From Gammaproteobacteria bacterium (GTDB lineage: Bacteria; Pseudomonadota; Gammaproteobacteria; SG8-11): a stretch of DNA of 62,603 bases. Position numbers and translations under genes: made by a program. Below the pieces are notes generated by a model. That model was not told the origin of the DNA. It was given only the letters and a program-made list of their open reading frames with translations, and ran no database searches. Each line of letters begins with the position of its first letter. Positions within the stretch are counted from its first letter, which is position 1. The stretch is from NCBI GenBank assembly GCA_030610155.1, contig JAUWSG010000002.1:1-62603 (forward strand), read 5' to 3'. Positions 10,295 through 19,189 of this stretch are shown one piece after another.

Positions 10295-10329
10295 CCGTCA
10301 TTCCGACTAAAACCATGCCGGAATGACGG
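10295..10329. repeat. gtcattcc-type hairpin (ccgtcattccg-N13-cggaatgacgg)
   Basis: Perfect 11-bp inverted repeat between the yiaV-like stop and the gdh start. Same core as the arms at 26106-26259. Confidence 0.7.
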
Positions 10330-10345
10330 AAAAGTGCTTGGTCAG

Positions 10346-11353
10346 TTAACCACCGATAAAAATGAATTTTTGCCAGCTTTTCATGCGCAAAAGGATGCGG
10401 CGCACAATTGAAAATGCTGCCCAGTTTTCACTGTAAACAGCAACCTCGGCCTTGGCACCGGCAGGCAGCCGATACTCTGACAAATCATCCAGAACCTTTA
10501 TTTGTACTGGCACTCGTCCTTGTTGCGCCCGCGCTGCCGCCATATCGAAATTGATCAACTCGGCACTGGGCATCACCTGGCCCTGCGATATTACCTGAAG
10601 TACTTTAATCACCTCGCCTTTGAACGCACGCCCGGGAATGGCATCAAAGGTGACCTCGGCCTCATTTCCAACTTCGATATTTTGTATCCCATTTTGCGGA
10701 AAGGCCGCATACAGCTCAAGTTCTTCCGCATGTATAAAGATCATGCCTGGTACAACCTGCGGTTGAGATACCAGCGCCATGCCGGGGCGTAATCTTTGCT
10801 GAGTGACATAACCATCTCCCGGTGCACGCACCACGACCTCTTCTTCAAGGTTATATACTGCCTTGTCCAGCCTGGCGCTCACATCCTGATAGTCGGCCAA
10901 TGCAGTTTCATACATAACACGCCATTTTGCTGCCAGTCGTTCAGACTCAAAATTTTTCTTAACCAATTCCAGACTGCGGTCATACTCTTCCTTACTACGA
11001 TCTCGCTCAACCTCAACACGCTTAAGTTGTCCCTTGATACTGGCAACATCATCTTCAAAGGGCTTCGGGTCGAAACGGAACAACACATCGCCCTTTTTTA
11101 TGAGCTGATTCGTTTTAACAGGCACGTCTATCACCCTGCCATTAATACGTGAAAAGATAGGGGTTGTGTAGAAATACGTTCGCGCTTCGCGACTGTATGG
11201 GTGGTTGTAATTCATCACCAGCACAACTAAACCAATACCTAATACACCTATCAGCAATGACGTTGTTGCTGTCCATTTGTTGAGCGGCACTTTAATAACC
11301 TTGAATACAACCCAGAGGATAGCCGCATAAATAATAATTAACAGATCGATCAT
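10346..11353 (-). CDS. yiaV: HlyD-family membrane fusion protein (YiaV-like)
   Basis: 335 aa with an N-terminal TM, a coiled-coil and a barrel-sandwich region. Overlaps the upstream DUF3302 gene by 4 nt, as in E. coli yiaWV. Confidence 0.8.
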   Translation of the reverse strand: MIDLLIIIYAAILWVVFKVIKVPLNKWTATTSLLIGVLGIGLVVLVMNYNHPYSREARTYFYTTPIFSRINGRVIDVPVKTNQLIKKGDVLFRFDPKPFEDDVASIKGQLKRVEVERDRSKEEYDRSLELVKKNFESERLAAKWRVMYETALADYQDVSARLDKAVYNLEEEVVVRAPGDGYVTQQRLRPGMALVSQPQVVPGMIFIHAEELELYAAFPQNGIQNIEVGNEAEVTFDAIPGRAFKGEVIKVLQVISQGQVMPSAELINFDMAAARAQQGRVPVQIKVLDDLSEYRLPAGAKAEVAVYSENWAAFSIVRRILLRMKSWQKFIFIGG

Positions 11354-11691
11354 GATTGCTTACCGTCCTTTTGTTGTGACTCAAGTTCGGAAACACGACC
11401 CTGCAGATCTGTTATTAAGTTTTGCAGCTTCTCACTATTTTCCGGGGCGTCACCCGAACCAAAACCATATCCAGTTTCCGGTTTGTACAGCGTCGCCCAT
11501 ATCCATAAAAATGGCCAGATGGCATGCAGGGTAAACAGACTTAACCAACCACCGTAATGGATCGCATCCTGATGCGGGTGATTGCGTTTTTTTGCCATTT
11601 CGTAGGGGATGTCATGTATATAGATAGCCGCATAGACCAGTATCAGAAACACAACAATCATGACAATCAATGCAAAGTAATCAAGAAACAT
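11350..11691 (-). CDS. yiaW: DUF3302 inner-membrane protein (YiaW-like)
   Basis: MFLDYFAL...HDIPYEMAKKRNHPHQDAIHYGGWLSLFTLHAIWPFLWIWATLY aligns almost residue-for-residue with my recollection of E. coli YiaW. Confidence 0.85.
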   Translation of the reverse strand: MFLDYFALIVMIVVFLILVYAAIYIHDIPYEMAKKRNHPHQDAIHYGGWLSLFTLHAIWPFLWIWATLYKPETGYGFGSGDAPENSEKLQNLITDLQGRVSELESQQKDGKQS

Positions 11692-11760
11692 AAAAAAATC
11701 CTTTTGTTATATTTACACCCAATAAATAGTAATACGTTATTATTATATGTTGATTAATCA

Positions 11761-11964
11761 TTATCTGTCTTTACTTTCTGCCTGGGCTTCCAGCTCAGGA
11801 CTTACGTTTTTATTTTTGATTTTTTCAATCGCAACGGCAACGGGCTTCACTTTACGTATCTCCTGAAATGATTGCGCAAAATAGCCAAAAACCAGGAACA
11901 ACATAATAATAGAAAGCGCCATAGTCAGCTTGAACTGCCAGGGCGGTTGTTGTTTTCTAGCCAT
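11761..11964 (-). CDS. Small single-TM protein, last gene of the rdh-like cluster
   Basis: 67 aa with one hydrophobic helix. Starts 4 nt after the RdhC-like stop. Confidence 0.5.
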   Translation of the reverse strand: MARKQQPPWQFKLTMALSIIMLFLVFGYFAQSFQEIRKVKPVAVAIEKIKNKNVSPELEAQAESKDR

Positions 11965-11968
11965 GCAA

Positions 11969-13198
11969 TTATCCCTTCTTTACCTTGATTGTTTTCGATT
12001 TCGATTTACCGCCCATCATTCGATCTCGTATAGAACGACGAAAACGTACAATTTCATTTAGATACAAACCTACGGGACAAAACAGTCGGCACCAGAAACT
12101 TGGCACAAAAAGAGAACCAATAAGCGCTGCTGGCAATATATACCATTGTATACCCAGGCCCTCCAGCGAGAACATCATCGCAAAAGGTTCATAGGAACCG
12201 AGTGCCGGATGGGTTGAGAGAAAAATCAACATTAACGAAATCCAGCTCAAAAAGAAAATCAGCATGCGTGATTTCCGCTGTAACTCAGGTTTTATCCTGA
12301 GTTTTATGCCACTGAGTTTCTGCATCAAATCCTGTACAACCTTGAACGGACAAATCTGGTGACAGTAAATATTACGACCTACTATCACGACACTGCCGAG
12401 CGCACCAGCCATCATAATCCACCATAATGGGTGCTGCTTCGGAGTGGGTATGTAACCCATGAAAATACTGGCGATATTACCCAGGTTCAGTGACAGGTTC
12501 GCGTAAAAACCAACGAATACCAACGCACCCACCATAACAGCATAGCGCGCATATTTTGCAAATTTGTCTCGTCGGTATACGCCATAAAAGGCCAATACAA
12601 ACAGGGCAAGCAAAATAAATTCATCAACACCAAAACGCCAGCTAGGTTCCTGCCATGTTTGCTCAAGTTTCAGGTGCTGCGCGGCCCCCAAATGCACGGC
12701 TTCACGCACGGCCGCTGTAAAACCAACTGATGACACGGTTGCACCAGATACGGCATCAATGTCATCACCAATAATAAAATTACTGCTGACACTCTCGCCT
12801 GCAAACTGGCGAAAAAATTTCTTGTTATTTATCCTGTCCATAAAAGAAGGCGTTTCTTTGTGGCCAAGCAGAATAATTTCAGACAGGCGCGCGCCGTCTT
12901 CAGTGCGCTTTGCCTTAATGCCTACAATAAGCGGTCCACCATAACCGAGGCCTTCGGACAGAACGACCACTTCAGGTAACTGTTCACCGTCCTTGCTAAT
13001 ATTGTAAACAATGGGCAGTTCTCGATTAAGCTGTGAACGCTCGAATTCGACATCGGGCATTTGCGATTTCAACAGTGTCTCGTAATCTGTTTCTACGGCA
13101 ATTTGCCCGATAATGAATGCGACAACAAGCGAAGCCCAGGCGAATGCCTCGACTATTCTTCCCCAGGGAAATGTATCAATATTATTATCTGACGACAT
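11969..13198 (-). CDS. rdhC: RdhC/PceC-like membrane flavoprotein (NosR/NirI-like FMN_bind + CX3CP protein)
   Basis: 409 aa. N-terminal TM, then a periplasmic FMN_bind motif (SGATVSS), then multiple TMs carrying CHQICP and CRLFCP. No C-terminal ferredoxin domain, which fits PceC rather than NosR or NapH. Confidence 0.75.
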   Translation of the reverse strand: MSSDNNIDTFPWGRIVEAFAWASLVVAFIIGQIAVETDYETLLKSQMPDVEFERSQLNRELPIVYNISKDGEQLPEVVVLSEGLGYGGPLIVGIKAKRTEDGARLSEIILLGHKETPSFMDRINNKKFFRQFAGESVSSNFIIGDDIDAVSGATVSSVGFTAAVREAVHLGAAQHLKLEQTWQEPSWRFGVDEFILLALFVLAFYGVYRRDKFAKYARYAVMVGALVFVGFYANLSLNLGNIASIFMGYIPTPKQHPLWWIMMAGALGSVVIVGRNIYCHQICPFKVVQDLMQKLSGIKLRIKPELQRKSRMLIFFLSWISLMLIFLSTHPALGSYEPFAMMFSLEGLGIQWYILPAALIGSLFVPSFWCRLFCPVGLYLNEIVRFRRSIRDRMMGGKSKSKTIKVKKG

Positions 13199-13238
13199 AA
13201 TGTCATTAAAAATTAAACAGCTATTTATTATAAATTAA

Positions 13239-13526
13239 TTAATTACCCTGCTTTTCAAACTCGGGCGCGATCAGGTAACGCCAGATCAGAATCATCATAA
13301 TTACGCCGGGGAAACAGAAAAAAATCAATGCCATTGCACCTGACTGCGAAATACCTTCAAGAAACGAAGCACCCGCCCAACCAATACCAAACAATATTGA
13401 GAGGACGCCGGTAATCATCCCCGCCCAAATATACCATTGCAGCCTGACCTTTACTGACAGCCACGCCAATGCAAATACGCTTAAGGTAAACAGTACGCCC
13501 ATCACAAACCATTGCATCTGTTCCAT
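13239..13526 (-). CDS. rdhB: RdhB-like three-helix membrane anchor
   Basis: 95 aa with three hydrophobic helices. Starts 11 nt after the rdhA stop. Size, topology and position match dehalogenase B subunits; no sequence motif proof. Confidence 0.6.
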   Translation of the reverse strand: MEQMQWFVMGVLFTLSVFALAWLSVKVRLQWYIWAGMITGVLSILFGIGWAGASFLEGISQSGAMALIFFCFPGVIMMILIWRYLIAPEFEKQGN

Positions 13527-13537
13527 TTTAGTCTCCG

Positions 13538-15052
13538 CTAGCTGATATTTGATGTGCCGATGTTATTCTTCATGCCAGTATTGACGCGCATGCCCTCACC
13601 CGTTTTCCAGAATTTTATAACCTTTTTCGGATCGTTAGTATGCCCATAACCAAAAGCGGGATGTGATAACGCCATTGAGGCATGCAGAAATTTAGGCATA
13701 TAGGGATTTATCGCCATAATAAACCAGTGGTGCCAGAAATCGGGTTCATTAAAAGTACAACTGGCAATGCAGGCACCACAGGCGCTGCCATTTTCAACCC
13801 AGAAGTTGTAACACTTCTTGGCGTCGCTGTAGAATTTCCTGATACCAAGGTGGTTGTTCCAGGTGTAACCCGGCTCATCCTTAAACTCATAGGTTGGTTT
13901 AAAACCGTAACCACCATCTTCAGACTCCATCAGGGGAATAGCGTCAGCCGGGCAAGCTTCAGCGCATTGACCGCAACTGAGGCAGAATTCAGTCATGCCC
14001 CAGGTGTGTGGCTGATCATATTCGACAAACTCAAAATCGGTATACACTTTCATGATGCGTACACGCGGACCCACACCCGGCGCAAGTAATGCACCGTTAC
14101 GCCCACCTTCGCCAAGGCCGGCCATAATGGCGTATGGCACACTGCTGCCGAGATCATTACCTGCACCTACCGCATGATAACCCATGCCCTTAAGGAACTT
14201 TGCCATTTGCGTGGCTTTGACACCCATTTGCGAGTAGCCATCCGCCGCAGTGCCATCAGCGGTCCATGCAGGCGCAGTACCAATACAGTCATAATCCATC
14301 GAGGCAAGCATCACGATGACTGTTTTAGGCTCAAAAGGAAAATCTTTTTCCCAGGACAGTTCTTTCTCGCTATCTATGTCATACAGAGGGTCATAATCCC
14401 AGCGCTTGTCACGTTTGGCGATGCCACATTTTACAGCACCAAATACACGTGCCGCACTCTTGATGGCGTCACTGGCATGCTTCTTACTCTCAAATTTGTA
14501 TTGTTCTTTCTCAACGTCAGACTGGTCCCAGGTATTGAATGGCGTGTCTGGTTGTAAGTTGGCAGAGCCACGGCTGCCGGCAAGATTCAGCGGTTCCCAG
14601 CCGGCTTTCTGCAAGGCCCGATCCTTTTGCGTATAACCTGGTTTGCTGTTATCCCATGGTTTGTTGTACATATCGATGATGCCATTGACCCAGTCAAACT
14701 CCTTGTTCTGTAAACGATTGTACTGTTCGTTACGCTCAGGGTGTTTCTTGTTAAGTGCTTTGCTGGAAACAAAGTTCAGAATCACGTCACGCTGATCTTT
14801 GGGCTTAAACACACTCTCGTCTATCACTGGATACTCGTCTGAAACCTTGCCTTGCAGTGAATGAATACCGACCCCGTAAGCTGCGCCACCACCAAGTAAG
14901 GCGGTGCCACCACCGACTGCCGCACGCTTGAAAAACAGTCGCCGACCCGGATCTTCAAGTAGTTCAGACGGGCCCGGAATGGATGACTTCTCCACCGATA
15001 CATTATTGTCTTGTGCTTCGTTGTCTTTTTTCTTGTCAGATTCATTTGTCAT
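13538..15052 (-). CDS. rdhA: Reductive dehalogenase catalytic subunit (RdhA family, Tat-exported, corrinoid/2x[4Fe-4S])
   Basis: Twin-arginine leader GRRLFFKRAAVGGG. C-terminal CLSCGQCAEACP and CGACIASCTF motifs. Internal blocks ...IMAGLGEGGRNG...GPRVR... are typical of RdhA. ATG at 15050-15052 is preferred because ggag lies 8 nt upstream. The ORF track's GTG at 15061 is the alternative start. Confidence 0.85.
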   Translation of the reverse strand: MTNESDKKKDNEAQDNNVSVEKSSIPGPSELLEDPGRRLFFKRAAVGGGTALLGGGAAYGVGIHSLQGKVSDEYPVIDESVFKPKDQRDVILNFVSSKALNKKHPERNEQYNRLQNKEFDWVNGIIDMYNKPWDNSKPGYTQKDRALQKAGWEPLNLAGSRGSANLQPDTPFNTWDQSDVEKEQYKFESKKHASDAIKSAARVFGAVKCGIAKRDKRWDYDPLYDIDSEKELSWEKDFPFEPKTVIVMLASMDYDCIGTAPAWTADGTAADGYSQMGVKATQMAKFLKGMGYHAVGAGNDLGSSVPYAIMAGLGEGGRNGALLAPGVGPRVRIMKVYTDFEFVEYDQPHTWGMTEFCLSCGQCAEACPADAIPLMESEDGGYGFKPTYEFKDEPGYTWNNHLGIRKFYSDAKKCYNFWVENGSACGACIASCTFNEPDFWHHWFIMAINPYMPKFLHASMALSHPAFGYGHTNDPKKVIKFWKTGEGMRVNTGMKNNIGTSNIS

Positions 15053-15130
15053 CGTCTTCACTCCGTATATGATATGTTTACCGGACAGTCATGACTTAAA
15101 GCCAGATCAATAATGCCGTGACTGTTGCTG

Positions 15131-15325
15131 AAGCCCGGAAACATTTTTCAATACCTGGTTATCAATTTATGTATATCTTATTGCACTCAGCGTAACAACC
15201 ACATAAAAATAAGCATGAAAAGTTCAATATTAATCAGCATTTGGCCTGATATGTTTACCATCCCGGGAGCCTTATTTTCCGAGTATTTTTGTCAGGATTG
15301 CCTTAAGGTGCGCAAGAAAAAATTT
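15131..15325 (-). pseudogene. Decayed fragment paralogous to the 5' leader and an internal part of the cNMP/HDOD gene (6203-7471)
   Basis: 15231-15325 aligns by eye with 7497-7590, the leader upstream of the HDOD gene. 15131-15230 aligns with about 7110-7215, for example tgaagcccggaaacatt and caatacctggtt are identical. The frame reads ...IDNQVLKNVSGLQQ against WIDNQVLDNVSGLQQ. The Trp codon is replaced by TAA, and the start codon plus about 85 codons are deleted. Confidence 0.6.
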
Positions 15326-15541
15326 GAAAAATAACTATAATTAAATTCAGCTAAATGCGAATTCTCATCAGCACTTTTTATAGCAAACGCTAATCTTCAT
15401 CAGTGCTTTTTATGCCTGTAACGATGCTGGCAACAGCTAAGTTTTTTTTATCGCCAATCAAAAAAATTCATTTTCAACACCAGTCAATCTTGGTTATACT
15501 TATATTAATACATCAGCATAAACTAATAATAGGCAGAGCAT

Positions 15542-15856
15542 ATGAATTTATCAAGCATCCTTGTTATCACGCCATCTGGTCACCTTGGACCAACTATCGA
15601 CGCACTTAACAAACTGGAGGGCGTGGAAGTTCATGTTAGTGAAGAACAGAGCGGACGTATTATCGCGACACAGGAAGCTGAATCCATAGAGGCAGAAGTT
15701 GAAGGCATTAAACGTATAAAAGCCCTGCCTGGCATTTTGTTTGCAGAAATGGTTTTTCATTATTTTGAAGATGAGAGTAATGCACTACCAGTCGAGCTAC
15801 CAGTAGAGCTGGACAACAATCAGAGTGTCTGCCGTACCGAATCAGCTTGCAACTAG
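15542..15856 (+). CDS. napD: NapD, periplasmic nitrate reductase maturation chaperone
   Basis: 104 aa, ...HVSEEQSGRIIATQEAES...IKRIKALPGILFAEMVFH.... Lies immediately upstream of napA. Confidence 0.8.
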   Translation: MNLSSILVITPSGHLGPTIDALNKLEGVEVHVSEEQSGRIIATQEAESIEAEVEGIKRIKALPGILFAEMVFHYFEDESNALPVELPVELDNNQSVCRTESACN

Positions 15857-15903
15857 CTCCGTACTATCATTGATTTTTACACTAAAGGCTCAGGAGAATT
15901 TTC

Positions 15904-18651
15904 ATGGATATTAACCGACGTCAATTTATTAAAACCGGACTGGTTGCAGCAACCGCTGCTAATATCGGCCTGACCCTCACGGACGCGGCCTGGGCAGAAG
16001 CAAAAACATTTTCAAAAGACTGGCGCTGGGACAAGGCGGTATGTCGTTTTTGTGGTGTTGGTTGTGGTATCAAGGTCGCCACGCATAATAAAAAAATTGT
16101 CGCGACCATGGCAGACCCGGATGCCCCGGTAAACCGCGGACTGAACTGCATCAAAGGTTATTTTAATGGCAAGATCCTTTATGGAAAGGACCGCCTCACA
16201 CAACCACTGTTGCGCATGAAAAATGGCAAGTTTGATAAACAGGGAAAATTTGCCCCTGTCAGCTGGGACCGGGCCTTTGATGAAATGGAAAAGCAACTTA
16301 AAAAAACCCATAAAGAGTTAGGCCCTAGCGGGCTGGCGATTATGGGCTCGGGTCAATATACCATTCAGGAAGGTTATGCGGCCGTAAAATTAATGAAAGC
16401 CGGTTTACGCAGTAACAACATTGATCCCAATGCACGTCATTGTATGGCATCGGCCGTGGCCGGTTTTATACAGACATTTGGTATCGATGAGCCTTCCGGC
16501 AACTATGACGACATCGAACATACTGACACCATGGTATTGTGGGGCGCCAATATGGCAGAGATGCATCCCATCTTGTGGACACGTATTGTTGATCGTCGCA
16601 AAAAGCATGACAAAACCCGCATTGTTAACCTCAGCACCTTCAGCAATATGTCCTCTGACATGGCTGACCTGGAAATAATATTTAAACCACAAACCGATCT
16701 CGCCATACAAAATTATATTGCCAGGGAAATCGTCAAGCGCGACGCAGTCAACTGGGACTTTGTTAAAAAACATTGTGTATTCGCAACCGGTCCATATGAC
16801 ATCGGTTATGGTATGCGCGCGACAGACAAGTATGCTTATAAAGCGGAAAAAGACACACAGCAAAAAGAAAACATCAAAATCCTGGATAAATACGAAGCTA
16901 TCGGGCAACGTAAAAAAACCGGCGAAAGTATTAAACAAAACAATCGTACTTCAGCCGGCAAACACTGGTTAATTCAATTTGAAGAATTCAAAAAAGGCGT
17001 CGAACCGTACACCCTGGATTTTGTCGCCGAACTGAGCAAGGGCGATCCGGACGAATCGCTGGACGCCTATAAAGTCAAACTGAAACAGCTTGCTGACTGG
17101 TATATCGAATCCGGTCGCAAAGTTGTTTCGTTCTGGACCATGGGTTTTAACCAGCATCAACGCGGCACCTGGGTCAATGAGCAGGCCTATATGAACCACT
17201 TGTTATTAGGCAAACAGGCACACCCCGGAAATGGTGCGTTCTCGTTAACAGGCCAACCCTCTGCCTGTGGCACCGCACGCGAAGTCGGCACCTTCTCACA
17301 TCGTCTTCCAGCCGATATGGTTGTGGCCAACCCAAAACATCGGGCACGTGCAGAAGATATATGGAAATTACCCGCCAATACGCTTAACCCGAAACCCGGT
17401 AGTCATATCACCAAAATCATGCGTGACCTGGAGGACGGTTCCGTTAAGTGGTTATGGGTCCAGGTATGTAACCCTTTTCAAGGCACTGGTAATGCCAATC
17501 ACTGGATAAAGGCCGCACGCGAAAAAGATAATTTTGTTATTGTCTCCGACGCGTATCCGGGCGTCTCCACTAAAGTAGCTGATCTCGTTTTACCTGCCGC
17601 AATGATATTTGAAAAATGGGGCGGCTACGGCAATGCGGAAAGACGCACACAATTGTGGCGTGAACAGGTACCTCCCCCGGGCGATGCACGCAGTGATGTC
17701 TGGCAAATGCTTGAATTTTCCAAGCGCATAAAAATCAAGGACGTCTGGACACAACAAAAGTTACCCGGACTCAAATCAGCGGGTTTTGTTGACGGCCAGT
17801 TACCGGATGTAATGGCAGAAGCCAAAAAAATGGGGTATTCGCCTGACAGTACACTCTATGAAGTTTTATTTGCCACCGCAGAAGCCAAAAAAATGAAATA
17901 CGCCACTGACCCGGTGACAAAAGGACATGATAATCATACCGTGACCTCACTCGGCGAAGACTGGTTTCCGGAAAAAGCCTTGTTTGAAGAATACGCCATA
18001 TTCGGGCGTGGCCATAAACACGATCTTGCACATTTCGACGTATATTATCGCGACGATGTACGCGGTCTTAAATGGCCTGTTGTCAACGGCAAGGAAACTC
18101 ACTGGCGATTTAATGAAAAATATGACCCTTATTGCAAGAAAGGCACTGAATATGACTTTTACGGCCCGGCATTAAAGGCACTGCCGAGCGGTAATATCGA
18201 CAAGATAACCAACAAGGAAAAAACCAAACTGACGGGTAAAGCCAAGATTTTTTTCCGGCCTTATGCTGCACCCGCTGAGGAGCCTGACAAGAACTATAAT
18301 ATGTGGCTTGTTACCGGCCGTGTATTGGAACACTGGCACAGTGGCACAATGACCCGGCGAGTACCTGAATTACACCGGGCGGTACCCAATGCATTAATTT
18401 ATATGCATGCAAAAGATGCGAAATCACGCGGCCTGAAAAATAGAGACATTGCCTGGCTGGAGTCGCGACGCGGCAAAATCAAGGTCATGGTAGACACTAA
18501 AGGTGACCGTAGTCGTATGCCCAAAGGCTCGGTATTCGTCCCCTGGTTTGACGAGGCTGTTTTTATCAACAAGGTGACACTGGATACCACCTGTCCTATA
18601 TCCAAACAAATGGACTTTAAAAAGTGTGCCGTCAAGGTTTACAAGGCATGA
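15904..18651 (+). CDS. napA: Periplasmic nitrate reductase catalytic subunit NapA (long form, 915 aa)
   Basis: Tat leader [21 protein letters not shown] Fe-S motif. Long colinear identity with remembered E. coli NapA ([58 protein letters not shown]). Confidence 0.95.
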   Translation: MDINRRQFIKTGLVAATAANIGLTLTDAAWAEAKTFSKDWRWDKAVCRFCGVGCGIKVATHNKKIVATMADPDAPVNRGLNCIKGYFNGKILYGKDRLTQPLLRMKNGKFDKQGKFAPVSWDRAFDEMEKQLKKTHKELGPSGLAIMGSGQYTIQEGYAAVKLMKAGLRSNNIDPNARHCMASAVAGFIQTFGIDEPSGNYDDIEHTDTMVLWGANMAEMHPILWTRIVDRRKKHDKTRIVNLSTFSNMSSDMADLEIIFKPQTDLAIQNYIAREIVKRDAVNWDFVKKHCVFATGPYDIGYGMRATDKYAYKAEKDTQQKENIKILDKYEAIGQRKKTGESIKQNNRTSAGKHWLIQFEEFKKGVEPYTLDFVAELSKGDPDESLDAYKVKLKQLADWYIESGRKVVSFWTMGFNQHQRGTWVNEQAYMNHLLLGKQAHPGNGAFSLTGQPSACGTAREVGTFSHRLPADMVVANPKHRARAEDIWKLPANTLNPKPGSHITKIMRDLEDGSVKWLWVQVCNPFQGTGNANHWIKAAREKDNFVIVSDAYPGVSTKVADLVLPAAMIFEKWGGYGNAERRTQLWREQVPPPGDARSDVWQMLEFSKRIKIKDVWTQQKLPGLKSAGFVDGQLPDVMAEAKKMGYSPDSTLYEVLFATAEAKKMKYATDPVTKGHDNHTVTSLGEDWFPEKALFEEYAIFGRGHKHDLAHFDVYYRDDVRGLKWPVVNGKETHWRFNEKYDPYCKKGTEYDFYGPALKALPSGNIDKITNKEKTKLTGKAKIFFRPYAAPAEEPDKNYNMWLVTGRVLEHWHSGTMTRRVPELHRAVPNALIYMHAKDAKSRGLKNRDIAWLESRRGKIKVMVDTKGDRSRMPKGSVFVPWFDEAVFINKVTLDTTCPISKQMDFKKCAVKVYKA

Positions 18652-18659
18652 AGGAGAGA

Positions 18660-19136
18660 ATGATGAAAAATACCATTTCAGTCTTTATCGTGACACTATT
18701 TTTTACCCTGCCAGGAATGGCTCTGTCAGGAAATGCTGTTAACGATAAGGATATGGGCTTAAGCAAAACCAGTGTATTTGACACACCCACACCGGAGCCA
18801 TTTAAATACAGTGACAAATTCCCCGGTACCAGTCAGGTCTTGCCACGCGCATACCCCGATGCTCCCCCGCAGATACCGCACAATATTGATAGCTTTAAAC
18901 CTGTCACTGCAAAAAGCAATATGTGCATAGGTTGTCATAACAACCCCTCCATGCGCGGCAAGACGGTGAAGGGGATGGCCACTCCCATGCCGGAAAGCCA
19001 CTACACAGACCGCCGTCATGCGCCGGACAAGGTAACCGATCAATTAATCGGTGCGCGTTATGTTTGCACCCAATGTCATGTACCGCAGTCTGACGCGAAG
19101 GAATTGGTAGACAATACATTTGACGATAAAAAATAG
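18660..19136 (+). CDS. napB: NapB, dihaem cytochrome c subunit of periplasmic nitrate reductase
   Basis: Two CxxCH motifs (CIGCH, CTQCH) and a signal peptide. Start placed at ATG 18660, which follows aaggagag, rather than the ORF-track 18624 that overlaps napA. Confidence 0.9.
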   Translation: MMKNTISVFIVTLFFTLPGMALSGNAVNDKDMGLSKTSVFDTPTPEPFKYSDKFPGTSQVLPRAYPDAPPQIPHNIDSFKPVTAKSNMCIGCHNNPSMRGKTVKGMATPMPESHYTDRRHAPDKVTDQLIGARYVCTQCHVPQSDAKELVDNTFDDKK

Positions 19137-19156
19137 TTACCCGATTTCAACCCAGC

Positions 19157-19189
19157 AAAAACCCTGCCTTTATGGCAGGGTTTTTTTTA
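19157..19189. terminator. Bidirectional rho-independent terminator (napB / lysR convergent)
   Basis: aaaccctgcc-tttat-ggcagggtt hairpin flanked by an A-run and a T-run. Overlaps the last codons of the LysR gene. Confidence 0.75.

Noticed and set aside
15062-15541. FNR/CRP-type box (TTGAT-N4-ATCAA) or NarL 7-2-7 site in the rdhA/napD divergent region
   Set aside because: Scanning by eye found only half-site-like strings (gatcaataa, ttatcaatt) and no full dyad. This cannot be supported without a matrix scan.
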